Below, in pieces: positions 26,389 through 37,898 of a stretch of DNA of 50,547 nucleotides. The notes under the pieces were generated by a model, which saw only the letters and a program-made list of their open reading frames with translations, had not been told where the DNA came from and did no database searches. The stretch's first letter is position 1. Each line of letters opens with the position of its first letter. The DNA comes from Craspedostauros australis (lineage: Eukaryota), in assembly GCA_030167865.1 (NCBI GenBank), contig JALAGF010006167.1, positions 1-50,547 on the forward strand. The letters are read 5' to 3'. A program made the translations under genes and the position numbers.

Positions 26389-26692
26389 AAGATGGTCGGT
26401 CCTGCCAATGGGTAGTGACGATGATGATGATGATGGCAAAGGTGGGACTGCAGAGGTGAAGGTGTTGATCAGGAAGAGGCGAATTGGGGACATGGTACTA
26501 TGGGCTGTCGATGAGAAGCAACAACACGAAGGACGAATGTACGTTCTATACACGTTAGTAGATGGTAGCTTTACGCATCTGCAGGGTTTCATTCTGTCAT
26601 AAGCATAGTTACTCTCAACTGTTTCCCCACCCAGGCCATCTGCTGCCACAAATTACTTCGCGGTAAATCATCATCGCGTCCAGTCGCAACTC

Positions 26693-29600
26693 TCACACTT
26701 GCCCTTCCGCGATCCAGTTGGATACTTCGGTATCAGTCAGCGCTGGTTGCTGCGTCAGCGCTCGCGTCTCGTGCAGCGGCGTCAACGACTTGCACCCGTG
26801 CCGACCGAACACGACGATCAAGCAGTTGACGCTGCGGGCAAAGAATCCAGCCTCGCAGTACGACAGGTAGTAGTTCCACACCCGCAGGAAGATGTCGTCG
26901 AAACCAAGCTGGCGCACGAATGCTTCATTTGCGTTGAACCGGCGCCTCCATTCGGCGAGGGTCTGAGCGTAGTGCAGGCCTATGTTGTCGATGTGCTCCA
27001 GGCTAAGTGTGGAGCCCTTGTAGGCGGCATCCACCAAAGCGTGCAACGATGGAGCGCATCCGCCAGGGAAGATGATCGTGTTGATGAAGTCGGTGGAGCT
27101 GATGTATCCCTCGTACCTGGCCTCGGTGGTGGTAATGGCCTCCATCACCAGGATGCCGTCAGGTGCCAGCACCTGCTCGACTGCCCAGTAGAAGGATGTG
27201 AGATGTTCATGACCCACGGCCTCGATCATCTCGCAGCTGAGAACGCGATCGAATTTGCCACGGTTCTCCGCGCGGCGTGCGAAAGTGCGATAGTCGACAA
27301 CCTCGAACGTGACGAGGTGGCCAACGCCCTCTTGCGCAACCCGCTTCTCCGCCAATGCCTTCTGCTCCACGGAGAGCGTGATGCCGACGACCTTACAACC
27401 GTACTTCTTGGCCGCGTGCAGAGACAGCCCGCCCCACCCGAATCCGATATCAAGCATGGTCTGGCCCGGTTGGATCTGCGCACGATCGAGCAGGGTGTCG
27501 AGCTTGCGCCATTGGGCTTCCTCCAGCGTCCCGCGGAAGACGAGGCCGTCGGCGGTGGGTGAGCGGACAGCGTCGTAGATGGCGGACGAGTACATCAAGG
27601 TCTCTTTGTCCAGGAAGCTGGTGAACAGGTCGTTGGATAGGTCGTAGTGCGCGTGGATGTTCTTCACGCTTCCTCCACGCTCCGAGTTGCCCATGGTGAG
27701 ACGGTATCGGATGAAGTTGAGGAGCGATCCCAGCTTGGAGAACAACAGTCCTGCGTTGACGGCGTTGGCTGCCGAATACCCTCGTGCAGATGTTCTCGGC
27801 TTGTGCACGGCGCCCATGGGGCGATCGCGATTCGCGAGGAAGAGCAGGAAGAGGCGGGTCAGACCGATCGGGTCGCCGAGAACCGTCGTGGTCTCGTCCG
27901 GCGCATTCAGTGGACGCAACGTGCTGTTGTACTGCGTTGGGTCGTTGAGTGCTTCGACGTTGAAATGGCCAGCCACATAGGACCGTGCCAGTCCCAGGTC
28001 GTACTCCCAGGCGATCTTGACAAAGACCCATTCATCGAAGATACGCATCGTCACGGGGCTGCTGTCGCATCCGAACTTGGCACCATCACCAAACTTGTAG
28101 ACGGTGCCGTCGTTCAATTTCAATTGGAGGCATCCGCCCTTGATTGCGATCTTCAAAAAGCGCAGGACGAACTGTTTGCAAAGAGCGACGGGGATGTCGC
28201 GGGTGATGAGCTTGCTAATCCGGCCGAGGGTTCCACCGATGAGGCCCTGCTTCGGTTGCAACTGGGTGAGGTCGGTTCCTGGCAATACCATCGTCTTCTC
28301 ATCCGCCCACGGTAGCGGAACGTTAGAGAGCTTAGTCGCGACGTCGAAGCCAGAGCGGCAACCATCCTCGTGGAACCCGTAGCCGCCCCATGCTCCGCAG
28401 AACCACAATCCCCTCTTGCCTTGGTACTCGCCGAAGAGGGTCTTGCGCGCCTCGAGCACGGAGCGCTTGAATTGCGGATGTGCCAGATTGGCGCGCTTGT
28501 ACGTCAAGTCAGCAGCCGGTGGTTGATGCGGATTCAACGATACGAAGATGTCCTTGTCGGTATCGAGATTCTGCAGACGGTTCAACCAGTAGGTTGCGTA
28601 GACTGCCTTCATGCGTCCGTTTTCGCCCTCAAGCTTGGAGTCGTCTGCTTTGTCATCGATCTTGCTGCCGAATGCAGATTCTGCACCTTCCATGGCGCCC
28701 TTGTCGTCGGCATTCCCGATGCGGTAGTTGTCGAGCCACTTGGACTGTCCGAGGCAGTTCCAGGACGCCCACGCGTGCTTGCGCTTGGGCATGAGGTTGG
28801 GATCAGAATGGACGTAGATGACGTTGTCGGCGTACTCGATGCTGTCCAGGAGCTTGAGCAGATCGGCCGAACTCCATTCCTCGCCTGCGACATTTGGCAA
28901 TTTCGCAGACTCCACAATCTTCTTAGCGGTGGGAGGATGGCACGCGAAGATGACTTCATCGAAGGTGCCGACGCTTTTGGAATTCGTGGTGAAGAGTTCG
29001 TACGATGGTGATGCCCCAGATTTCGACGGGGATTTCTCCTTCATGGACACGATCGGCGAGGAGACGTGTGCGCTGTCTCCGAACAAATCCTTCAATTTCA
29101 ACGTGTATGTTTGTGACCTGTTGACGGGTGTTTTCCACTGGTAGATTCGATGAAATGTGCGGGTGCGAGTGGGAGCGTAGAGCATTGGACGTATTGAATG
29201 TGCTGGATTGCAAGATGAAAGTGTGTCAGATTGGAGGAACAGCAGCAACAACGACGACGACGACAACGACGACAACGACAGACAGCCCATCAACTTTTCG
29301 ATTGGCCAAGCAGAATTCGCCACGCCTCTATCAAAAGAAACCTACCTGAGGACGTTGGATGAAGTTGAGCATCTTGTGGTTGCAAAAGAAGGCGATGAGC
29401 TGCGCCGCCGGGAAGCTGAGGACGTCTTCCATGCTGGCCGACCACAGTGCCGCCATGAGGGGGAGGAGGTAGTACTTGCCGAAAGCTTCGGAGTAGTCGT
29501 TGTCCCGCAGATATTGGCCGACGGTGACGGCCTTGCGCGGATCATCGTCATGGAGCTTGAGGATGTCGTAAGCCTCCTTGTGGAAGCGCATCATGTCGAG

Positions 29601-29993
29601 GATCATCGTGTAGAAGGATGGCTGGATCAGCTGCGATCGGCGTGCGAAGACGCCGTTGAGACCATCCGAGTTCCATTCGATGGTCTTGCCTTGATCGAGG
29701 CTGACGGCGAAGCTCATGTCGGTATCCTCGCCTTCCACGCCCAGCTTATCGAACCATTGGATCATGTTGGGGTAGTTGGACTCGTTGTAGACCATGAAGC
29801 CGATGTCGACATCGACGTCGCCTGCCTTCATGGTGTATGCGTGTCCTCCCAGGCGATCCTCGGCCTCGAAGATCTCCACGTGGACGTCAGGGGCATTCTG
29901 ATGCAGATGCCAGGCTGCGGACAGCCCCGATACTCCCGCGCCGACGATGGCCACCCTGCGTTTGGCGCCATCCTTGCCGTTTTCCTTGGACAT
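26693..29993 (-). CDS. Fusion of an FAD-dependent oxidoreductase (amine-oxidase fold, COG2907/UfaD-like) and a CFA-synthase-family fatty-acyl methyltransferase; exons 29993-29346 and 29137-26693
   Basis: Oxidoreductase: VAIVGAGVSGL, FEAEDRLGGHA, VDIGFMVYNESNYPN, RPQ|WKT, AWASWN, TYWLNRLQNL, HPQF, WFCGAWGGYGFHEDG. Methyltransferase: NIHAHYDLSNDLF, LMYSSA, LDIGFGWGG, ITLSVEQ, EMIEAVG, IFPGG, HYAQTLAEW, YLSYCEAGF. Phase-0 intron 29138-29345 (GTAGGT...CAG). Confidence 0.92.
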
Positions 29994-30409
29994 TTTGCTG
30001 TCTGCGACGACGGCGATGTTCTCAATGCTGGTGGATCTGATGTGGCAGCACAATGGTTGAGAGCGTTGGTGCAGATTCTGAAACTAGTATGACGGAGGCG
30101 TTGGATGTCTGATGGCAAACGAGGATAGAAAGTGTCCTTTGCGATTCAACAGAGGAGAGGACAGAGGAGATGCAGCAGCGTTGCATGCACTATGCGCACG
30201 GCATGTGTGGATGTGATGGTTCGTTGGCATGTTGCCTTCTCGTTTCGCACAGGAGAAGATCCTTCGGCCATGGGTCTGTTGGCAGTGTGGGCTGTTGTTT
30301 TGTCGGCCAGTCATGAAATCTCTCTTCATCGGAACATCCAACACATCATCTTTTCGTGTTCGGCCGCTGATGGATTTTCTTTCGGAAGATTTGCCAACGC
30401 GTCAGCACC

Positions 30410-30625
30410 AAAGGATTGGCGGAGGAACACGGACGAACAAACGCCGGCCGAACACAGCGCAAGACGTCCGCCCTTCGCCAGATCGAGGGCCGTTGAGTCA
30501 TCACGGCGCCTTGTGATTGGTCAGTCGAGATCATGACGTGGGCATTGTGGGATTCGATTAGTCACTATCATGGATTCAGCAAATCGATGATGGTTTCAAA
30601 TTTTGGCTTCTCTGATTGGTGGAAA
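30410..30625. promoter_or_regulatory. Candidate bidirectional promoter motifs between the fusion gene and TM9SF
   Basis: Three ATTGG (reverse CCAAT) at ~30414, 30516 and 30615, TGAGTCA at 30494 and TGACGT at 30534, within a ~1-kb head-to-head gap. The motifs are short and may be chance. Confidence 0.3.
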
Positions 30626-31012
30626 ATGGGCTTCGCTTTTTTGTCTTTGGTCTCTGCCATTTCCGGTCGGGTATGTTCGTGAATCGAAAAATGAGAACAC
30701 CCGAAGATTCAAAACAAGATGCGAGTACATGACATCAAAAAAGAAAGTGGTCTTCTTGTTGTTGCATGCGAAGCCAAGTTCCACAGAACAAATACCAGGG
30801 CAGTGAGCACAGAGGACCCTCGTCCATGCCCACCGTAGCTCGCACCAGTGACACACCGCCCCGCCATCGTCGCTGTGGCGAGAGGCTGCATCGTCGCTAC
30901 GGCCTTCATGCATCACAGCAGCATGCCGCCATCGCATCAAGTCACATTCGACAGATGATGTCTCCAAAGCGGCACAAGTACAAATGGCAGCACCGACAGC
31001 AACAGCACCACC

Positions 31013-33319
31013 ATGAATGCGGATAGTTTGAACAGAATGCCTGAATCATCCCTGCGCATCATGCCGCCGCCAAAGTGGAGATCTCGTGCGCTCGTGTTGG
31101 CAGCACGCGCAACGGCATGTGTGTTGGGAAGAGCGCTGGTGGTGGTTGTCTTACTCTCAGCATATGGCTGCGCAGCCTTCGGTACTTCGTTCACCTCCAA
31201 GGATCGTACCCATGGAAAAGGCGACATCATCTCTGTGCTCATGGATTCCTTGACTTCCAGGAGCACCCAAATGGCGATGGTCCCATCTGCTATCCCACAG
31301 TGTTTCGCAAAGAGTCAACTGCAGGATCATTTGCCGCAGAGCTTCGGCGAGGCCATCCGTGCACGGCAGCTTCTGCGGAGCTCTTTCCAGCTTCACGTGG
31401 GATATGACATATACTGCGGATTCAAGTGCGCGATGCAATTCACCGATGATGAAGTTGCGAGCATTGAACGACTCATCCAAGACAACTACCACCACAACTG
31501 GGTCGTCGACGGTCTTCCAGCTTTCGCCATGTCCGAGAAATCGAGCTATGTGCACAAGCCGCCTAGCATTGGGAAGTATGCTCATCGCCTGTCGAAGAGC
31601 GTGCAGCAACAGAAGGGCTGCTACAGGTACGACTATGAGCAGGTGGGCGGCTTTCCGATCGGATACATCGACCACTTTGGTGTCTTCAACCTCAACAACC
31701 ACTTCAATATCTACGTCCGTTACGAAACTGTCGGCGCCGACGTAGATGCGAACAAGCAACTGCGACAACGGTTCGTGTCTTCGTCACTGCCAGCAGAAAG
31801 AGGGGGACCGCCTGTGGACTCCTCTTCATCGGCGGCCACACGTTCGCTCAAAGGCATGCCCAAGTATCGAATCAACGGTATCGCAGTCCATCCAGTGAGC
31901 ATTGAACACTGGATTCCACGCAGTGAGTTGATACATGTTGGGCCCAACCAGACGAAGTTGATGGGGAGACTTGGGAGTTGCCCCAAAACCTCACTGCATC
32001 TAACGCTGGATCAGGTGCGCTCTTCACAGAAACTCATCCCCAATACGACCGTGATGTTCACTTACGACGTAATCTGGGAACAAGGCCGTGTTCCATGGAA
32101 GGGTTGCTCACAGCTATTTCCATTTGGAAGGACGAAACTACCCTCAAACGAAATTCGCTGGTCCAGTGCCTACAACAGTATGTTCCTTGTCGCAGTGGGG
32201 GCCTTCAGTCTTCTGCGAATGGCCAAACACAACCTCCAACAGGAAGAGGAGGAGCAGGGCGACGTCGACGAGGCCACGCACCAGATCACCCAATCAACAA
32301 CCGGAACAGAGATCCGAAATATGCTGGTACGAAACTTGCATGGCTCGGAAATCACCAAATTGAGATTGCAGAGTGACGATGTCTTCCAACCACCCAATAT
32401 CAAGCCCATAGCACTTTGCGTCCTGGTCGGCAACGGCTGCCAGGTGGCATGCACAGGCTTCTCCGTCGGGTTTCTAGCAATGATTGGATGGTTGCACCCA
32501 AGCCGGCGTGGGTCGATGACAGCGACAGCCATAGTCGCCTTCATGATGTTCGGTGCTGTGGCCGGATACGTCAGCAGCATGCTGCACAGGACGCTGTGCG
32601 CTCACGACAGATCAACAAGCAGACAATGCGCGTGGATGACGGCCATGTTGGTCCCAGGTGCAGCCTTTGCCACATTCTGCGCAATCAATGCAACAGTGCA
32701 CGCCAACGGTGCCACGGCAACATCCGTCACAACGCTTCTTCGATTGGCGCTGATGCATCTTGCCATTTGCGTCCCCTCCGTTTTTGTGGGGGCGCATTTT
32801 GGCACGAGGGACGCGAGCGTAGCGTTTCCAACTGAAGCAGAGGTGACTATCGCAAAACCATATGGCATGGGCATCCATCCGACCGTGGGTACACTGCTTG
32901 TACCCATTGCCATATCCGCGGTCCTCAATGTCGAATGGACCTTCATGATAAAGGTCATTCAGGGGGATGAACAATACGAGGCAGCCGATTGGCGCTTGTT
33001 GATGCTGGTCTTCACCTTGGCCGTAGCAACCACCGCCGTCCTGACAATTGGGCACGTCGTCTTTCGCCTTGTGACACACAATAAGCGCTGGTGGTGGCCC
33101 TCATTTGTTGTGCCAGCGTCCACCGGCGTCGTCCTCTTGCTGTACACCACAACGATCGCAGGAGGTTCGCGACTGGACCACGCCATCGCACCACGAGTCG
33201 TGTTCTACGGCCACGTGCTGCTCGCCGCGATGGCGGTGGGGTTGGCCCTTGGATCCGTCGGCACCCTCGCATCGTTGTGGTTCATCGCCCGGCTGTGTTC
33301 AAAGAAGAAAGCGGAGTAA
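31013..33319 (+). CDS. Transmembrane 9 superfamily (nonaspanin/EMP70) protein, divergent, 768 aa
   Basis: NYHHNWVVDGLP, GGFPIGY, LNNHFNI, VMFTYDVIW, EIRWSS.YNS, DVFQPP, LVGNGCQV, PSRRGSM, WWWPSF; multiple hydrophobic helices; C-terminal KxE. Confidence 0.88.
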   Translation: MNADSLNRMPESSLRIMPPPKWRSRALVLAARATACVLGRALVVVVLLSAYGCAAFGTSFTSKDRTHGKGDIISVLMDSLTSRSTQMAMVPSAIPQCFAKSQLQDHLPQSFGEAIRARQLLRSSFQLHVGYDIYCGFKCAMQFTDDEVASIERLIQDNYHHNWVVDGLPAFAMSEKSSYVHKPPSIGKYAHRLSKSVQQQKGCYRYDYEQVGGFPIGYIDHFGVFNLNNHFNIYVRYETVGADVDANKQLRQRFVSSSLPAERGGPPVDSSSSAATRSLKGMPKYRINGIAVHPVSIEHWIPRSELIHVGPNQTKLMGRLGSCPKTSLHLTLDQVRSSQKLIPNTTVMFTYDVIWEQGRVPWKGCSQLFPFGRTKLPSNEIRWSSAYNSMFLVAVGAFSLLRMAKHNLQQEEEEQGDVDEATHQITQSTTGTEIRNMLVRNLHGSEITKLRLQSDDVFQPPNIKPIALCVLVGNGCQVACTGFSVGFLAMIGWLHPSRRGSMTATAIVAFMMFGAVAGYVSSMLHRTLCAHDRSTSRQCAWMTAMLVPGAAFATFCAINATVHANGATATSVTTLLRLALMHLAICVPSVFVGAHFGTRDASVAFPTEAEVTIAKPYGMGIHPTVGTLLVPIAISAVLNVEWTFMIKVIQGDEQYEAADWRLLMLVFTLAVATTAVLTIGHVVFRLVTHNKRWWWPSFVVPASTGVVLLLYTTTIAGGSRLDHAIAPRVVFYGHVLLAAMAVGLALGSVGTLASLWFIARLCSKKKAE

Positions 33320-34275
33320 CCGCGATGGAATGAAGACTATGCAGCAGCACTGGCAACGAATACATCCATCATTGTCGCACCCATCCGTTCATCAAAGATC
33401 TCACGCAGACCTTCGAAGCCCTGATGCAGACCACCATCCAATGCAACCGATTCTGTCTCGACTAATATTGGTACTTGGGCATGCGCAAGCATTGGAGGTA
33501 TGGTGCACACCCAATGGCTCTCTGGACAAGAACGAATGCCGTTGGCTCTATGTCCCCATTCGGTTCGTTGGTCACATGAGAAACGAAGACACATGCATGT
33601 GCGAAACCATGAGCAGCCTGTTGTTCCTTTGTTGTGTGATTGGTTGATTGTCGTTGTTCTCCCTTGTCCGCGTTGTCGCAAGTCGCAGCTGTCGTTTCTC
33701 ATCAGAGAACTTCGCGACACCGATAAATTCGATAGATGCGAAACAGATGCACCTTGTCGGGATCCGTCATCACACACAATCGGAACCCTTGTGGACGACC
33801 ACAAGCGACTCTGTGGGCGGCAATCACTTGAAAGCTAAAGAAATATCAACTGTGTTGAGATTTATGGTCGGCAACGCCGAAGACGAACCGAAGCGAACAT
33901 GGCATGATGTTTACGACAGATCCTTCTCCTCTGAGCAGAATTCCCTGTTTTGATAAATTCAAAAGATACGGCATCAACGCTGCCAACAACGCACAACGCA
34001 GTGCAAATCTTGCAGGCAGCGGAGACTGCAATGAGAATACCCGGACTGTTGGTATTGGTATGACTGCTGCGCAACAATGCACCGCACCCGGTCGAGCAGG
34101 GATGGCAGACAACACCGAACCAACACTGAGTCGCTTGATGGGCCAAAGCGGATCCAATCTGGCATCGTGAAGGTCATAAAAAGCTGAGGTGAGAATCCCG
34201 TGTGACACTCACGCAACAACAACAGCAGCAGCAGCAGCAACAGCCAAAAGCAACAGAAAGACCAGACCAACGACC

Positions 34276-37200
34276 ATGAAGTTCGCCGCTCTGTCTGTCG
34301 CAGCCGCCACCGTCGTGCTGGGCCACGGCGCTTCGGCCTTCCAGGCGCCCATGTCGGGATTGTCCAGGTCTCCCGTCCGCCCCTCCGCTGTTCGCCCGCT
34401 GTTCCAAGCGCTGGATACCGAGACCGATAAGAAGCCAGCCTTCCTCAAGGAGCTCGGATCCAAGTCCGAGAAGCTCGGATCCGCCGGTCTCAACGAGAAC
34501 AGGGAGCTCGATCTGGAGCAGGCCAAGCTCCTCGTTCAGATCATCCGCGGATTCGAAAAGCTCGACAAGAAGAAGACCAACCTCTCCGGCAAGCGGTTCT
34601 CCGGCCAGTTCGCCAAGCCCGACAGCAACGCCACCTTGCAGGCCACCAGCGTCGGTGCCGTGCCCGTGGGTACCGCCACCTTCGGCGCCGTGCCCGCTGG
34701 CGTGGACGTCGGTGCCGTGGACCTCGGAGCCGAGGCCGAACCGGAAGCGCTCTCCCAACAGGCTGACGAGGAGACCGAGCGCGGCATCCCGCCGCTCATC
34801 AGTCTCACCTTCCGCTTGATCACGAAGGAACTTCTGTCCGGCGACGTCGACTTCGAATGGCTGCGCCTCATCGGGACCGTCGTGTTCGCCAACATCGTTC
34901 TGCGCGTCCTCGACATTCCCCAGAGCGGCGCCATCACCATTCTCAACAACCTCATCTGCGAGAGTCTGGGTTCCGCCATCAAGATAAAGATGCGCTACGA
35001 CAACTATCCGCCGCATGCCGAGGTACGTAGTGCATCACAGTCCACGTTGGTTGCCTCTGCCACCATTCTGTGTCCGATGTCATGATGTTGTGATGTCGTG
35101 GGTGTTGCTGTTGCTGTTGCATTTTGCGTTGGTGTGGAAATGCCTTGCAATGTTCAAATGATCATCCGGAGTGCCTCCCATCTGTGCAACCAAGCTCATC
35201 AACATTCGTACTGCCGCGGTACACCATGGCGTTTCCTTCCGATTTCATCTAACACACACTCGTCGACACCCGCCGCGCGTCACTGCACCAACAACAACAG
35301 TACCCAACCGTCCCACTCAAGGGCATGATGAAGATGGTGGAGGGCGTCCCTTCCATCGAGTACTGGTTCTCGCTCAAGAAATTCGTCCGCGTCCTTGCCC
35401 GTGCCTTGCTCGTCGGCATCGGTCTCGCCATCAACCCGCTCAACGCCGACGACACCAGCTCCGTTGAGAACTACGACAAGATCTTCAAGTGGGGGCCATT
35501 CCCCAACCCACTCGTCCCTCAACCAGACCACATCTTTGAGAAGTGGACGGAGGACCGCGAATTCGCTCGCCAGTACATGGACGGAGTCAATCCAGTCATG
35601 CTGGAAGCCGTCAATGACCCGTCAGCCCAGCTCAGCGCTGAGATGCTTGACAAGTTCGGCGAAGACGGAACTGTCAACCTCCAGGCACTGGCCGACGCCA
35701 ACAAGCTCTTCTTCGTCAACTACAGCGGCCTGGACGAGCTGGTCAAGATGCCGCACCAGGCATACCCAGAGGCGTACAACAACCCAGATTACACCGACAA
35801 CCAAGCAATCCTCGACCGTGTCGGAAAGGAGCCACGCTACTTCAGCGCCCCCATCATCCTTTTCCAGCTCACCCCCAACGAAAAGCACATGGACATCCTG
35901 GGAATTCAACTGGAGCAAACCGCCGGCGCCGACGTCCTCACGCCTGCCACCTGCGATGAAGACACGTGGTTGTTTGCCAAGGTCACCGTTTCGACTGTCG
36001 ATTCTCAATACCACGAGGTACGCTCACAATTGCATGGGCAGCAGATTCCGCCTCACAGGCATTCGCATTGCTTGCACGACACGCGCACAATGCAGCAGCA
36101 GCACAATATCGTCTCCTCACACCTTCCACTTTTTGTCCATTTTCGTCCTTCTTCCACTTGACGCCTCTATCTGGCCATCTGGTCGGCACTCCATTTATTG
36201 TATCACCCCGTCGTTTTGAAAATACGAGCAGTGGGTCAGCCATTTGGGAAAGACTCACTTGACCATGGAACCACACATCGTCGCCATCCACAACACTCTC
36301 AAAAGAACCAACCACAAGATCTACCCGTTCCTTGCGCCAATGTGCCGTGACACCCTCTTCCTCAACTACGCCGCTCGCCTCACCTTGGCTGAGTTCGGGC
36401 CAGACAGTTTCGGTGATTACATGACATCCGTCGGAACCGGCCAGTTCATGCAGCTCATCCTCAAGTACTGGGAGACCTACGACTTCTTCGGCTCCTGCGC
36501 CGTCGACGACGAATTCAAGAGCCGTGGTTTCGACGCGAACGTGGACATGCCAGCCTACCGTTACCGCACCGACGCGACGAAGCTCTGGGCGGCATACGGC
36601 ACCTTCGCCACTGACTACGTCGACGAATGCTACGCTACCGATAGCGACGTCGTCGATGACGAAGATCTGCAGGAATGGGCCACGGAGACGTCCGATCAGA
36701 ACCGCGCCGCTGTGAAGGGATTCCCAGAAACCTTCACAACGAAGGTACAGCTCGCCCGTACCCTCCAGACCTTGTTCTGGATCTGCAGTGGACTGCACGC
36801 CGCTGTCAACTTCCCGCAGTACGATGTAAGTTTTGTCATCTTTTTCGATCGCGTCGAACCACCTTGAGCGTTGTTGTTGCATTGATGCTACACACGTGCA
36901 TGTCCCAACTGTCCCCTGCAATGTACCATCGCATGGCATGATGCAGCGTTGCTTGAGCTGATATGATCATATGCGATATGATATCATAAGTATGCAGACC
37001 GGCACTCACCGCCGCCCAATCCTCCCCCACATGCATCGTTGCATTCTCCAACCTTTTGTTTTCGTCGCTGTCGTTGCCTCTTCCGCACTACAATATATAC
37101 TCTACGTGTTCGTACAGTACTACTCGTACCAACCAAATAAGCCACTTGGCTTCCGCAAGTCCCCAGAACAACAGCAAGCCATGAAGGGAGACAAGGACTG

Positions 37201-37468
37201 GATGTTCGAGGAAGCCATGCCATTGCTGGAGAAGGCCCAAGAGGGACTGCTGGTCGTCCAGGTCCTGACGCTGCCATCCAAGAACACGATCGACAAGCTC
37301 GACGAGTACTTCACTGAGATCGGAACCGCTTCCTACGAGACTTTCAAGGACAACTTGGCCGTCATCAGCGCTGAAATTGAGGCCCGCAGTGAGGAGGACA
37401 GAGCCACGGGCAACCCGGTCTACGAGTACCTCAATCCAAAGAACGTCCCTGCCGCCATCGACATTTAA
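34276..37468 (+). CDS. LOX: Plastid-targeted iron lipoxygenase, ~795 aa; exons 34276-35022, 35322-36017, 36232-36825 and 37118-37468
   Basis: Signal peptide plus ASA|FQAP, WTEDREFARQYMDGVNP, WLFAK, QYHE|WVSHLGKTHL, SGLHAAVNFPQYD, C-terminal VPAAIDI. Three phase-0 GT-AG introns keep the frame. Confidence 0.93.
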
Positions 37469-37898
37469 ATCGTTCGGGTAGGGGCTTCGACGTGATTGTT
37501 CCGCGTAACCAGCAACGGGGCATCCTTGGTCGCCCTTCGTCATCTGGAAAGCGCGGTACATGGTCATGATGCAGGGCGCAAAGGTACACTCTTGCTGCTT
37601 TGCTTCATCCTACAGAATGCCAACCAGGTTCAGGCGAGGGAGCATCCTCTCACGTTGAGGATCCACCCATGCCGGAACGCAGGAGTACTCTGAGTATATC
37701 ACAGCTAACTTTACTGGAGTAGAGTATTCTAGCAATGTTTTACCCACTCTACAATCTGCGTTGTATTCACGTTGTATCCCATGTCCCCCATTTCGTGTGG
37801 TGCCATGCCATGTTCAAATTATTCGAACAGCGTTGTCCGCAACAACTCCCTCATGTGCGGAGTCGTACCATGCCGTGGATGCGCGACCAAGCGTCGGA

